From the NCBI RefSeq assembly GCF_000011805.1, contig NC_006840.2: 32,000 bases of DNA; one strand, 5' to 3'. Made by a program: the position numbers and the translations under genes. The notes below the pieces were generated by a model. The model searched no databases and was not told the origin of the DNA. It saw only the letters and a program-made list of their open reading frames with translations. This DNA is from Aliivibrio fischeri ES114 (GTDB taxonomy: Bacteria; Pseudomonadota; Gammaproteobacteria; Enterobacterales; Vibrionaceae). Positions 11,314 to 20,758 of the stretch are shown here, in pieces (position 1 is the first letter of the stretch; each line of letters starts with the position of its first letter).

Positions 11314-12084
11314 ATGAATGACTTATTAACCATTGGAGATAAGACGTTTAGATCACGTTTATTCACCGGAACAGGAAAGTTTCCAAATGCCAGCGTTATG
11401 CAAAAGGCACTTATAGAGTCTGGTTCTGAATTATCAACAATGGCGTTAAAACGTGTTGAAGTGAATAACCCTGAAGACAATATATTAAAGCCGATTGTGG
11501 ATGCTGGAATTAACTTATTACCCAATACGTCTGGTGCTAAAAATGCTCGTGAGGCAATTTTCGCTGCACAACTGGCTCGTGAAGCATTAGGGACAAATTG
11601 GCTTAAATTGGAAATTCATCCTGATCCCAAATACTTAATGCCTGACCCAATTGAAACATTAACCGCAGCAGAAGAGTTAGTGAAACAAGGGTTTATTGTC
11701 TTGCCATATTGTCATGCAGATCCCGTTTTATGTAAGCGACTAGAAGAGGTTGGCTGTGCTGCTGTCATGCCATTAGGTGCGCCTATTGGTTCAAATAAAG
11801 GCATTGTCAGTCGTGACTTTTTAGAGATTATTATTGACCAAGCTCGAGTACCTGTAGTGGTTGATGCAGGTATTGGTGCGCCATCTCATGCCGCTTTGGC
11901 AATGGAACTGGGGGCTGATGCTGTGCTTGTGAACACTGCGATTGCAGCTGCAAGAAATCCAATCGCAATGGCAACTGCATTTAAATTAGCGGTGCAATCT
12001 GGCCGATTAGCTTATGAAAATGGGTTGGCGTCAGTCAACACTCAAGCCGTTGCTTCTAGTCCATTAACGGCATTTCTTGATTAA
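11314..12084 (+). CDS. thiG: Thiazole synthase
   Basis: 256 aa starting from ATG 11314, which lies 5 nt after GGAGG and 1 nt after the thiS stop. ThiG-like sequence ([30 protein letters not shown]). Confidence 0.9.
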   Translation: MNDLLTIGDKTFRSRLFTGTGKFPNASVMQKALIESGSELSTMALKRVEVNNPEDNILKPIVDAGINLLPNTSGAKNAREAIFAAQLAREALGTNWLKLEIHPDPKYLMPDPIETLTAAEELVKQGFIVLPYCHADPVLCKRLEEVGCAAVMPLGAPIGSNKGIVSRDFLEIIIDQARVPVVVDAGIGAPSHAALAMELGADAVLVNTAIAAARNPIAMATAFKLAVQSGRLAYENGLASVNTQAVASSPLTAFLD

Positions 12085-12094
12085 GGTGAATGAA

Positions 12095-13210
12095 ATGACA
12101 TTTACTGATGAATGGGAAAAGTTACATTGGGATGAGGTTAAACTCTCTATCTATAGTAAAACTCATCATGATGTTGAAAAAGCGCTAAGTAAATCCAAAC
12201 GAGATCTTGAAGATTTTAAAGCCTTAATTTCTCCTGCTGCAGAAAGCTATCTTGAACAAATGGCTCAAGAGTCTGCACGATTAACTCGCCAACGTTTTGG
12301 TCATACGATTGGTTTTTATATTCCTTTGTATCTTTCTAATCTTTGCGCGAATGCATGTACTTATTGTGGTTTCTCAATGGAGAATCGCATTAAGAGAAAG
12401 ACGCTCAACCAAGATGAGGTTGGACAGGAAGTGATGGCGATTAAAGCGATGAATTTTGATAGTGTTCTTTTGGTAACGGGAGAACATGAAACCAAAGTTG
12501 GGATGAATTACTTTCGTCAAACATTACCGCAGATAAAGCGGTCGTTTAATTATCTCGCAATGGAAGTTCAACCTTTAGAACAAGAAGAGTATGCAGAATT
12601 AAAAACCTTAGGTTTGGATGCGGTGATGGTGTATCAAGAAACGTATCATCCATCTACTTATGCGGAGCATCACCTTCGTGGTAATAAAACCGATTTTAAA
12701 TTTAGATTAGAAACGCCTGACCGATTGGCAAAAGCGGGCATTGATAAGATTGGAATTGGGGCGCTTATTGGGCTAGAAGAGTGGCGAACAGATTGCTTTT
12801 TTGTGGCAGCGCATTTGGATTATTTAGAGCGTCGATATTGGCAGACTCGTTACTCAATTTCTTTTCCAAGATTGCGACCATGTGAAGGTGCGCTGCAACC
12901 AAAATCAATAATGAGTGACAAACAACTGGTGCAATTAATTTGTGCTTATCGGTTGTTAAACCCTGAGGTTGAACTGTCATTATCCACTCGAGAGTCTGAA
13001 CATTTTAGAGATAATGTATTGCCATTAGGTATCACATCAATATCAGCGGCATCGAAAACACAACCGGGTGGTTATGCAAATGATGACCAAGAGCTTGAAC
13101 AGTTTTCTATTAGTGATGAACGCTCTGCTGAATCTGTTTCTTTAGCGGTACAAGCGAGGGGGTTTGAACCGGTTTGGAAGGACTGGGAGCGAGGGTTTAG
13201 CTCTATTTAG
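12095..13210 (+). CDS. thiH: 2-iminoacetate synthase (tyrosine lyase, radical SAM)
   Basis: CxxxCxxC radical SAM motif CANACTYCGF. The ATG 12095 start lies 6 nt after AAGGTG and gives an N-terminus (MTFTDEWEKLHWDEV) that resembles the E. coli ThiH N-terminus. The ORF-track TTG at 12077 is less likely. Confidence 0.88.
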   Translation: MTFTDEWEKLHWDEVKLSIYSKTHHDVEKALSKSKRDLEDFKALISPAAESYLEQMAQESARLTRQRFGHTIGFYIPLYLSNLCANACTYCGFSMENRIKRKTLNQDEVGQEVMAIKAMNFDSVLLVTGEHETKVGMNYFRQTLPQIKRSFNYLAMEVQPLEQEEYAELKTLGLDAVMVYQETYHPSTYAEHHLRGNKTDFKFRLETPDRLAKAGIDKIGIGALIGLEEWRTDCFFVAAHLDYLERRYWQTRYSISFPRLRPCEGALQPKSIMSDKQLVQLICAYRLLNPEVELSLSTRESEHFRDNVLPLGITSISAASKTQPGGYANDDQELEQFSISDERSAESVSLAVQARGFEPVWKDWERGFSSI

Positions 13211-13272
13211 CATATTGTAAGCAAGCGACATCTATTAAATTGGATATAAAAATAACCTGAGAGCAGTAAATT

Positions 13273-13310
13273 AAAGTACTACTTAACTTAAGTAGTACTT
13301 TATTTAGTTT
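13273..13310. terminator. Bidirectional terminator between convergent thiH and the hexosaminidase gene
   Basis: Perfect 13-bp stem AAAGTACTACTTA / TAAGTAGTACTTT with a 3-nt loop, with A/T-rich runs on both sides. Confidence 0.8.
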
Positions 13311-13327
13311 GTTGATTTTTAGCTCAG

Positions 13328-15775
13328 TTACTTACGTAACTGACGAACTAACTCTTCTGTTGGGCGAACAATAGCAACAATCATTTCATCGTACATTCCT
13401 GATGCATTTGTAGTAATAGATAATAGTTTATCTAGTTGTGTCGATGTTGGCTGTTGGCCTTTTTCAAGCTCATTAATAACTGCTAACGTTGCTTTTGCTA
13501 CCTCAACATGTTTTTGGGCTAGCAGTACAGTATCTAAAGAAGATACATTATTTTTAAACATGACTTCTGATTTTTGCGCACTCTCTAAGACAGTTTGGTA
13601 ATGTTTTTGTAGTGCTTTTAAATCACTCTGATCATTGATCGCCGTCTTTGCAAGTTTTATCATTTCTAATACTGCAAAACTCTCCACTGGAACTGCGTCT
13701 GCAAAGCGATTTAATCTTTCGTATTGATTGTATAGTTCTCCTTTTGGATCGGTAGAATTATACTTCGCCCAGTTACGAGCATAGTATTGGGCAGGTTCTG
13801 CATAGTTTGCAAAACTCATCAGTGCAGACACATCACCGCCGTTAGCAATACGTAAATACTGCTTATAGCTATTGGTTTGATGTTGTAAGCCAACAGAAAT
13901 CGTTGCCCAGCTGTCCATTGCCTGTAGGCGTTGGTACATGCTGTCTTCATCGGTAAGCTCTTCAGCTGACCATAAACGTTCAGCAACGGCATAAGTTCTA
14001 GGCCAAATTCGACCTTCAACAGTTAGGTCGTCGTAGTTTTCTGCCCAGATAGCAGCTTCACCACCAAGAATAAGTTTTTCTTCATCTTTATTTAAAGCAA
14101 CAGGATAGCCACCATTAGGAGCTGGAATCACTGAGTTCTTGATTGATGAACTTGCGGTCATTTCACCTGTGGTTGGCCAGCGAACATTTCCGACTAGCTG
14201 GTAGCTTTCTTTTTTAATGTTGCCGTTATTGAAGATTAGATTAAATTCGGTGTAAGACATGAAGTTATCAAAATGACCACGGAATGACTCACCTTTGGTG
14301 TATTCCATGATATCGACTTTAGCTCGTGATTTTCCGTTGTAATCAGTAAAGGCACGAGCATCACCATTCTTATCGGTAATGATAGTTAGGGTACCTTTAC
14401 GTGGACCACCTTTGCCTCTTGGCTTCTGCCAAGTGTAGGTTTCGAATGTTTCTCCACTATGCAGTTGGTCATCGACTTGTGGTCCCTTTGGCATAGGGTC
14501 ATTACGATAATGGTAGCTGGTTGGTTGCGGTTGATCTAAATAGAACCCCGTTGAAAGTAATCCGGTATAACCTTCTTTTGCTGCTCGACCAATACTGTCA
14601 TGTCCACGCCAGCTTTGAATGACAATCGATGTTGGCAGATCTTTATGCCAAATCTCATCCCAGCCCATGATCTTCTTACCTTTCTTGTTTAGCATTTTTT
14701 CAATGCGTGCATTTAGGTATGACTGTAAACCACGGTTACCATCAATATTATTTTCTGCGATGAATGCTTGGATTTCTTTATTATCTGTCCATTGTTGGTA
14801 ATTTGGCTCATCACCACCAATGTGAATGTATTCATCTGGGAACAGCTCAGTTACCTCACTGAATACTTTGTCGAAGAAGACATAGAGTTCAGGGTTAATA
14901 GGATTCATTAGAGGAACAAAAACACCCCAAGCGCGTTGTTGATCGTAAGATTGTTCACCTTCTCCAGACATTAATTCAGGGTAAGCATGAGCAACAGCTG
15001 AAGCGTGACCAGGTAATGAGATCTCAGGAATTACTCGAATACCGCGTAGGCGGGCGTATTCAACAACGTCTTTGATTTCTTCTTTTGTATAGAAATCACC
15101 ATCGGCAGTTTTCTCCCACAGCTTAGGGTAACTTTCGATTTGAATTCGGATTGCTTGGTCATCCCATAGGTGCCAATGAAAAACATTCATTTTTGCGGAA
15201 GCAAAACCATCAATCTGACGTTTTATTGTATCAACGGTGACAAAGTGACGAGAGGAGTCAAATGAAGCTCCACGCCATGGGAAACGAGGTTCATCTTCAA
15301 TATTTACTTGAGGAACAAAGTAACCCGCTTTGGATGTGTTGATTAATTGAAGAAAAGTCTCTGCACCACGGAGTGCTCCGTATGGACGATCAGATTCTAA
15401 AATGATTTGTTTTTTATTGATGGTTAATTCGTAAGACTCGTCAATGTCGTTATCTTGAATTTTATTTTTGGCCGCCTTACTCACATCGATAATTAGTGTT
15501 GCTTCCTTTTTAGATGAAGCAAAAGGAGTAAGTAGTGGTAATCCAGTTTGAGCTTCTACACGTTGAATAATACGTAAGGCAAGTTGCTGAATGCGCTCTG
15601 ATTTATAACCATCGATATAAATACTGAAATCACTAGTAATTTCTAATTGGCCTGAATTTAACTCTACTGATTGAGGGTATGGCATCAAGTTTAACTTTGT
15701 ATTGGGAGCTGAAGCGAGGGATGATGCACTAAAAAGAAAGCTTGAAATCGAAAGAGTTAAAAGTGTTTTTTTCAT
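13328..15775 (-). CDS. Secreted GH20 beta-N-acetylhexosaminidase (chitobiase-like)
   Basis: 815-aa ORF with an N-terminal signal peptide (..SASSLASA). GH20 catalytic signature HIGGDE (YIHIGGDEPNY) and upstream HWHL motif (VFHWHLWDDQ). Confidence 0.85.
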   Translation of the reverse strand: MKKTLLTLSISSFLFSASSLASAPNTKLNLMPYPQSVELNSGQLEITSDFSIYIDGYKSERIQQLALRIIQRVEAQTGLPLLTPFASSKKEATLIIDVSKAAKNKIQDNDIDESYELTINKKQIILESDRPYGALRGAETFLQLINTSKAGYFVPQVNIEDEPRFPWRGASFDSSRHFVTVDTIKRQIDGFASAKMNVFHWHLWDDQAIRIQIESYPKLWEKTADGDFYTKEEIKDVVEYARLRGIRVIPEISLPGHASAVAHAYPELMSGEGEQSYDQQRAWGVFVPLMNPINPELYVFFDKVFSEVTELFPDEYIHIGGDEPNYQQWTDNKEIQAFIAENNIDGNRGLQSYLNARIEKMLNKKGKKIMGWDEIWHKDLPTSIVIQSWRGHDSIGRAAKEGYTGLLSTGFYLDQPQPTSYHYRNDPMPKGPQVDDQLHSGETFETYTWQKPRGKGGPRKGTLTIITDKNGDARAFTDYNGKSRAKVDIMEYTKGESFRGHFDNFMSYTEFNLIFNNGNIKKESYQLVGNVRWPTTGEMTASSSIKNSVIPAPNGGYPVALNKDEEKLILGGEAAIWAENYDDLTVEGRIWPRTYAVAERLWSAEELTDEDSMYQRLQAMDSWATISVGLQHQTNSYKQYLRIANGGDVSALMSFANYAEPAQYYARNWAKYNSTDPKGELYNQYERLNRFADAVPVESFAVLEMIKLAKTAINDQSDLKALQKHYQTVLESAQKSEVMFKNNVSSLDTVLLAQKHVEVAKATLAVINELEKGQQPTSTQLDKLLSITTNASGMYDEMIVAIVRPTEELVRQLRK

Positions 15776-15954
15776 TATGTGTAGTCCTATATTCCTTTAA
15801 ATTCCAAGGAAGGATTACGTATAAAGAGAACTTTGTATGTGACCAAATTATGGTTTGTATTAATAACATTGAGTGATTTATTGTTAGTTAGATATTGTGG
15901 CGCAAAATGTTTGTATCTGTGAAATAAATTACATAATAAATTTGAACTGTAACC

Positions 15955-15972
15955 ATGTTTCACGTGGAACAT
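15955..15972. repeat. Palindrome family copy 4 (ATGTTTCACGTGGAACAT)
   Basis: 18-bp palindrome with one mismatch in the hexosaminidase / aminopeptidase intergenic region. Same TTTCACGTGGAA variant as copy 2. Confidence 0.75.
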
Positions 15973-15983
15973 ATATTTTTTAC

Positions 15984-16018
15984 TAAAAAAATGCCACGTA
16001 AATACGTGGCATTTTATT
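15984..16018. terminator. Terminator downstream of the aminopeptidase P gene (symmetrical, usable on both strands)
   Basis: ATGCCACGT-AAAT-ACGTGGCAT hairpin flanked by an A-run on the left and a T-run on the right. Confidence 0.75.
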
Positions 16019-16034
16019 GTTGTATTTTAATGAA

Positions 16035-17828
16035 TTAGCTTTCGTAGCTTAATTCAGCGGTCGCTTGTTTAAGCCATTCTTTTACTTCGCCATCAACAAG
16101 AGGGCTAACTTCATTCCAGACTTTCTGATGATAGTTATTCAACCACGCTAACTCTGGGCGATTTAGCATATCAACATTGATCAGACGTTTGTCGATAGGA
16201 CAACGTGTTAAAGACTCAAATCCAAGAACCGAGAAGTCACCTTGAGTTTCAATTTCAACGACTAGCTCTAAGTTCTCAATACGGATACCAAACTCGTCTG
16301 CACGATAATAACCAGGCTCATTAGAAAGCACCATTCCAGGAAGAAGAGCTGTATTATTTACTACTTTAGCAATACGTTGAGGACCTTCATGGACACTTAA
16401 GAAGTGACCAACACCGTGGCCAGTACCATGATCATAATCATAACCTTGCGCCCATAAATGTTGGCGAGCAAGAATGTCTAATTGATGCCCACATGTACCT
16501 TTAGGGAAGCGAGCATTTGCTAACCCGATATGGCCTTTAAGAACCAAAGTAAATTGCTGTTTAATGTCATCACTTGGTGTACCAACCGCTAATGTTCGAG
16601 TGATGTCTGTTGTACCATCTGGATACTGACCGCCTGAATCAACTAGGTATAAACTGTTCATTTGTAGCTTACCTGGTTCAGGTTGGTTTTGATGATTGTA
16701 GTGACACATTGCCGCATTACCAGCAGCTGCAGAAATAGTATCGAAACTTAAATCAGCCAGAGAGGCATCTTCTTCACGGAACGCTTGAAGTTTGTCAGCT
16801 AACACAGCTTCGTCATGTAGGTTGCCAGCTTCAATTTCTGCGTCAAACCAAGTTAGGAATTTAGCCATAGCTGCGCCATCACGAACATGACAAGCACGCA
16901 TGCCTGCTTTTTCCGTTTCGTTTTTAGCGGCTTTTGGTAGTAAACATGGATCAGATGCTTCAATGATTTGTGCGTTCGCATTACTTAAGACTAATGACAT
17001 CCATGCGTTTGATGTTGCTGAATCAACCAGAACTTTTTTACCTGCAAGTGATTCTAATGTTTCTTGCAGGGCATCTGGTTGGTGAACTCGAACACCCTGG
17101 CCAACATGAGCATTAAACTCTGCAGGAAGACGTGAAGGTTCTAGGAAAAAATCAACACTTTCATCTGCATGAATAATGGCATGAGAAAGAAGCACTGGTA
17201 GGCGAGAGACATCCAAACCACGGATATTCAATAACCAACAGATGGAGTCTAGTTGTGTTAATAGCGCTGCGTCAGCTTTTTTCTTTGAGACTTCTTTTGC
17301 AATTTCTTTACGCTTGTCTTCAGAACTTTTTCCGACAAATTCTAATGACATTAAACGCACATCAGACACTTTAACTTCTGGACGGTCTAACCATAATTCA
17401 TCAATAGGGTTAGTGGCGATAGCTTCAAGAGTTACAACGCCTTCAACATTTTTTGATGCTGTTTTTAGCCATTGAGCTGTGTGCATGCGTGGGTCTATTG
17501 CCACTTTTGAACCCGAAGTCAGACTGTCTTTAATCCATTCAAGCAGTGGTTCTTCATGTAGGTGACGATATTCAAATACATCTGCAGGCACTTGTTTACG
17601 AACTTGAACGGTATAACGACCATCAACAAAAATAGCCGCTTTTTCTTTAGTAATAACAGCGGCGCCGGCAGAACCAGTAAAACCAGTAACCCAATGCAAA
17701 CGTTCGTTATGCTCTGGAATATATTCACCTAGAAATTCATCTTCATGAGGAATAATTAAGGCATCGAAATCTTGTTGAGCAAGCCATGTTCGTAGTTGTT
17801 CAACACGCTGAGAAGTTTGTGGGTGCAT
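16035..17828 (-). CDS. M24B-family Xaa-Pro aminopeptidase (long aminopeptidase P form)
   Basis: 597-aa ORF with creatinase-like N-terminal domains and a C-terminal pita-bread fold. Metal ligand motifs are present (DSGGQY, DITRT, HGTGHGVG, NEPGYY, IRIEN). Confidence 0.85.
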   Translation of the reverse strand: MHPQTSQRVEQLRTWLAQQDFDALIIPHEDEFLGEYIPEHNERLHWVTGFTGSAGAAVITKEKAAIFVDGRYTVQVRKQVPADVFEYRHLHEEPLLEWIKDSLTSGSKVAIDPRMHTAQWLKTASKNVEGVVTLEAIATNPIDELWLDRPEVKVSDVRLMSLEFVGKSSEDKRKEIAKEVSKKKADAALLTQLDSICWLLNIRGLDVSRLPVLLSHAIIHADESVDFFLEPSRLPAEFNAHVGQGVRVHQPDALQETLESLAGKKVLVDSATSNAWMSLVLSNANAQIIEASDPCLLPKAAKNETEKAGMRACHVRDGAAMAKFLTWFDAEIEAGNLHDEAVLADKLQAFREEDASLADLSFDTISAAAGNAAMCHYNHQNQPEPGKLQMNSLYLVDSGGQYPDGTTDITRTLAVGTPSDDIKQQFTLVLKGHIGLANARFPKGTCGHQLDILARQHLWAQGYDYDHGTGHGVGHFLSVHEGPQRIAKVVNNTALLPGMVLSNEPGYYRADEFGIRIENLELVVEIETQGDFSVLGFESLTRCPIDKRLINVDMLNRPELAWLNNYHQKVWNEVSPLVDGEVKEWLKQATAELSYES

Positions 17829-17932
17829 CTGAGTGTCCTTTTATACCTGTGATTAATTGGTATGACTCTGTCCGTGTGTACGAGGCAGAAAGAAATTAGT
17901 TATGTTTTTTGTAGAGTTATAACCTAGCGCTT

Positions 17933-18898
17933 TTAGTGTTCATCTGCAATTGTTGATATTGATAAATCTTTACAGTGATTAATTATGGTATTTCGAAGCC
18001 AACAATTTGCCGCATCATTCTCTTTTTGTTGATGCCAAAATAGGGTGTATGCCATTTGAGGTAAGTCTGTAGGCAAGGGTAATACAACTAAGTTAAGTTG
18101 TTCGGCTATTAATTTTATAAAGTGGCTTGGTGCTGTGAAAACTAAATCGGTATGAGTACATAAGCTCGCAGCACTATTAAAATCAGGTACAATAATACCG
18201 ATACTACGTTCGAGTCCTCTGTCTGCTAATTTGTAATCAAGCAACCATTGGTCTTTACCATCACAGCGAACTTGTACATGACGTTGTTGAAGGTAAGTGT
18301 CTAACGTCCATTCTTGTTTTAATACAGGATGATTACGGCGAACCAAACACATTTGACTATCTCGATAAATTTCTTTGCTGCAAATATCTTCAGGCGTATG
18401 CATAGTGATATTGGCGTATTTTGGGTCGAGGTCTTTACCTGTAATACCTATATCCATTTCACCGGATTGAAGTTTCTTTAATGTGTTGGTATCCCATGCA
18501 TGAGTATCTAACATGACATTGGGGGCTTTATTTAAAATATATGACATGAAGTGTGGAAGCAGTAATGGATAAGTACTTTCAACCAAACCTAAGCGAAATC
18601 GATAATGACTGCTTTTAGGATCAAAATTTGATGCTTCAGTGATGCTTTCTAAGTGGCTTAATAACGTATGTAGTTGTTCTTGAAGGTTTCGTGCTTTCGC
18701 CGTGGGCTGCAAACCATAAGATGTGCGAGAGAAAAGCGGATCGTTAAATTGTTCGCGTAATTTCGCTAAGTTTTTACTTACGGCAGATTGGCTTAAGCAC
18801 AAACGTTGAGCAGCACGGGTGACACTTTTTTCTTCTAATAATAAATGAAGCGTAAGAAGAAGATTAAGATCAATCTTTGCCAGTTTTTCGAAAAACAT
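17933..18898 (-). CDS. LysR-type transcriptional regulator
   Basis: N-terminal winged HTH (LLEEKSVTRAAQRLCLSQSAVSKNLAKLRE) plus a substrate-binding domain of typical length. Divergent from an MFS transporter gene. Confidence 0.85.
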   Translation of the reverse strand: MFFEKLAKIDLNLLLTLHLLLEEKSVTRAAQRLCLSQSAVSKNLAKLREQFNDPLFSRTSYGLQPTAKARNLQEQLHTLLSHLESITEASNFDPKSSHYRFRLGLVESTYPLLLPHFMSYILNKAPNVMLDTHAWDTNTLKKLQSGEMDIGITGKDLDPKYANITMHTPEDICSKEIYRDSQMCLVRRNHPVLKQEWTLDTYLQQRHVQVRCDGKDQWLLDYKLADRGLERSIGIIVPDFNSAASLCTHTDLVFTAPSHFIKLIAEQLNLVVLPLPTDLPQMAYTLFWHQQKENDAANCWLRNTIINHCKDLSISTIADEH

Positions 18899-18904
18899 AG
18901 AGAT

Positions 18905-18919
18905 ATTCCAAATAAGAAT
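18905..18919. promoter_or_regulatory. Candidate LTTR box (T-N11-A) in the LysR/MFS divergent promoter region
   Basis: ATTC-CAAATAA-GAAT dyad lies 7 bp upstream of the LysR start codon. Pattern only. Confidence 0.3.
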
Positions 18920-18995
18920 GTTAGATCTGAATATAAACCATTTCTGTTCATATCTCTAATTGAGTACACTCCTCGAATCATTTTAGGAGTTATCA

Positions 18996-20225
18996 ATGCA
19001 CACGCCAGTTACACCTCAATCAGCAACATCAATGTCATCAGTATCGGACAAAAAAATCATCACATTAATGGTGGTATTAGTATTGTTCAGTCCATTAGCT
19101 ATTGATATTTATCTTCCTGCTTTGCCAGCGATGGCGGCAGAGTTTCATGTACCATCAACAATGGCTCAAGATACGATTACTTGGTTTATGTTTAGTATGG
19201 GGCTAGGTCAGTTATTTGCGGGGCCATTGGCTGATCGCTATGGCCGTAGACCAATCGCACTAACGGGTATTGTTATTTATGGTTTAAGTGCAGTATTAGC
19301 TTATTTTGCACAAGCGATGGAAATGCTATTACTGGCTCGGTTATTACAAGGTTTTGGTGCTTGTGCTACCTCGGTTGCGGCTTTTGCTTCTGTGCGAGAT
19401 TCATTTGGTGCAGAGAAAGGAGGACGCATGATCAGCTATTTAAATGGAGCGATCTGTTTTATTCCCGCTTTAGCTCCGATTTTAGGTAGCTACTTAACTC
19501 ATCATTTCGGCTGGCGTTCAAATTTTAGTTTTATGGCTGGTTTTGCTTTAGTTGGTTTTGCTTTAATTCTTACTAACTACAAAGAAACAAAACCGGAAAA
19601 TACAGTTCAAACAGGGAAACTTATTAGTCCATCTCGCTATTGGTCTGTATTAAAGAATCCAACCTTTTTGTTCCATGCTTCTTTATGCATGTTATCAATG
19701 GGGGTTATTTTAGCTTATGTTACTTCAGCACCTGTTTTCTTGATGGATCAATTAGGGCTGACTATGAATGAGTTTACCTATTGGTTTGCGATTAATGCAG
19801 CGATCAATATTGCAGTTTGCTTTATTGCTCCTAAGTTCATGATCAAGTTTGGAACAAAACGAGTTTTATTATCTGGCTTAACGATACTAGCGATATCTGG
19901 TGGTTTAATGTTAGGTATGCAACATATTCAGCAAGCTTGGGCGTTTATGGTCCCAATATTTTTGGCTTCTGTAGGCTATGCATCAGTGCTTGGCTCTGCA
20001 GCAGGTAAAGCACTGGCACCATTTGGTGATAGAGCGGGAACAGCTGCCGCATTGTTAGGGTTATTTCAAATGAGTGGTGCAGGTATCATTGTTGGCACAA
20101 TGCAAAGATTAGCACTCCCATCTGCACAACTCTTAACCCTAATGATGTGGTTTCTTATCCCAGGTTTGCTGATTTTATTAACTAAAACAGGCCAACGTTG
20201 GCATTCTGAAACCGTTACGCAGTAA
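18996..20225 (+). CDS. MFS transporter, DHA1 Bcr/CflA-like drug efflux family
   Basis: 409 aa with 12 predicted hydrophobic spans. Family motifs LAIDIYLPALP and GPLADRYGRRP (motif A). Confidence 0.8.
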   Translation: MHTPVTPQSATSMSSVSDKKIITLMVVLVLFSPLAIDIYLPALPAMAAEFHVPSTMAQDTITWFMFSMGLGQLFAGPLADRYGRRPIALTGIVIYGLSAVLAYFAQAMEMLLLARLLQGFGACATSVAAFASVRDSFGAEKGGRMISYLNGAICFIPALAPILGSYLTHHFGWRSNFSFMAGFALVGFALILTNYKETKPENTVQTGKLISPSRYWSVLKNPTFLFHASLCMLSMGVILAYVTSAPVFLMDQLGLTMNEFTYWFAINAAINIAVCFIAPKFMIKFGTKRVLLSGLTILAISGGLMLGMQHIQQAWAFMVPIFLASVGYASVLGSAAGKALAPFGDRAGTAAALLGLFQMSGAGIIVGTMQRLALPSAQLLTLMMWFLIPGLLILLTKTGQRWHSETVTQ

Positions 20226-20346
20226 TTCGCATAATTTGAACAGAAAAAGAGCAATTTTACTTTTTAATATATTCAGTTAATTATGGTTTCAGTGTATATT
20301 CAGCACTTAATTACTGTTGATTGAAAATTAAAAGGCAAAACACGCA

Positions 20347-20637
20347 ATGTCGATGTCCGTTATTGAAATGGCTCGTGTCCTAGAGCAAATGGAAGAGTCA
20401 CCAGAAAAACTCATGTTTGGTAAACTACTTTCTGAACTAGGTAATCAAAGCCAAGAGCGCGTAAGAAGCGCTGCGCGACAAGTGTCTGTTCCAACATTGC
20501 GTGATCTGATTTACCAATTCCAAGTGGTAATTGAAGAGCGTAAAGGTGAAACGACAAAAAAACTGGCTGAAGAAATGGCAAAAGAAGGGGTTTCGTTAGA
20601 AGACTTCCAAGCTTATTTAGCGAGTAAGAATAAATAA
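20347..20637 (+). CDS. tsrA: Small H-NS-like protein with only the N-terminal oligomerisation region (TsrA-like)
   Basis: 96 aa. The segment ARQVSVPTLRDLIYQFQVVIEERKGETTKKLAEEMAKEGVSLEDFQAYL aligns by eye with the H-NS/VicH N-terminal region (AREL-TIEQLEE..L..VV.ERK......IAEQIAKDGIDVE.L). There is no linker and no C-terminal DNA-binding domain. Its position after thi-pepP-LysR-MFS matches my recollection of tsrA (VC0070) in V. cholerae. The gene has its own terminator. Confidence 0.55.
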   Translation: MSMSVIEMARVLEQMEESPEKLMFGKLLSELGNQSQERVRSAARQVSVPTLRDLIYQFQVVIEERKGETTKKLAEEMAKEGVSLEDFQAYLASKNK

Positions 20638-20675
20638 TAACCTTAATTCAAATTTTGGTTAGGTAATTAAAATAG

Positions 20676-20710
20676 AAAAGCAGCGTATATACGCTGCTTT
20701 TTGTTTTTAG
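20676..20710. terminator. Bidirectional terminator (tsrA-like gene / EamA gene)
   Basis: AGCAGCGTA-TA-TACGCTGCT hairpin, preceded by AAAA and followed by TTTTTGTTTTT. Confidence 0.8.
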
Positions 20711-20758
20711 GTCAGTCTAGATAATTCAGTAAATCTCTATTTATTACTCACATTGCAA

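Noticed and set aside
18845-19105. 86-aa plus-strand ORF across the LysR/MFS divergent promoter region.
   Set aside because: It overlaps the 5' ends of both well-supported genes in other frames and is AT-rich regulatory sequence.
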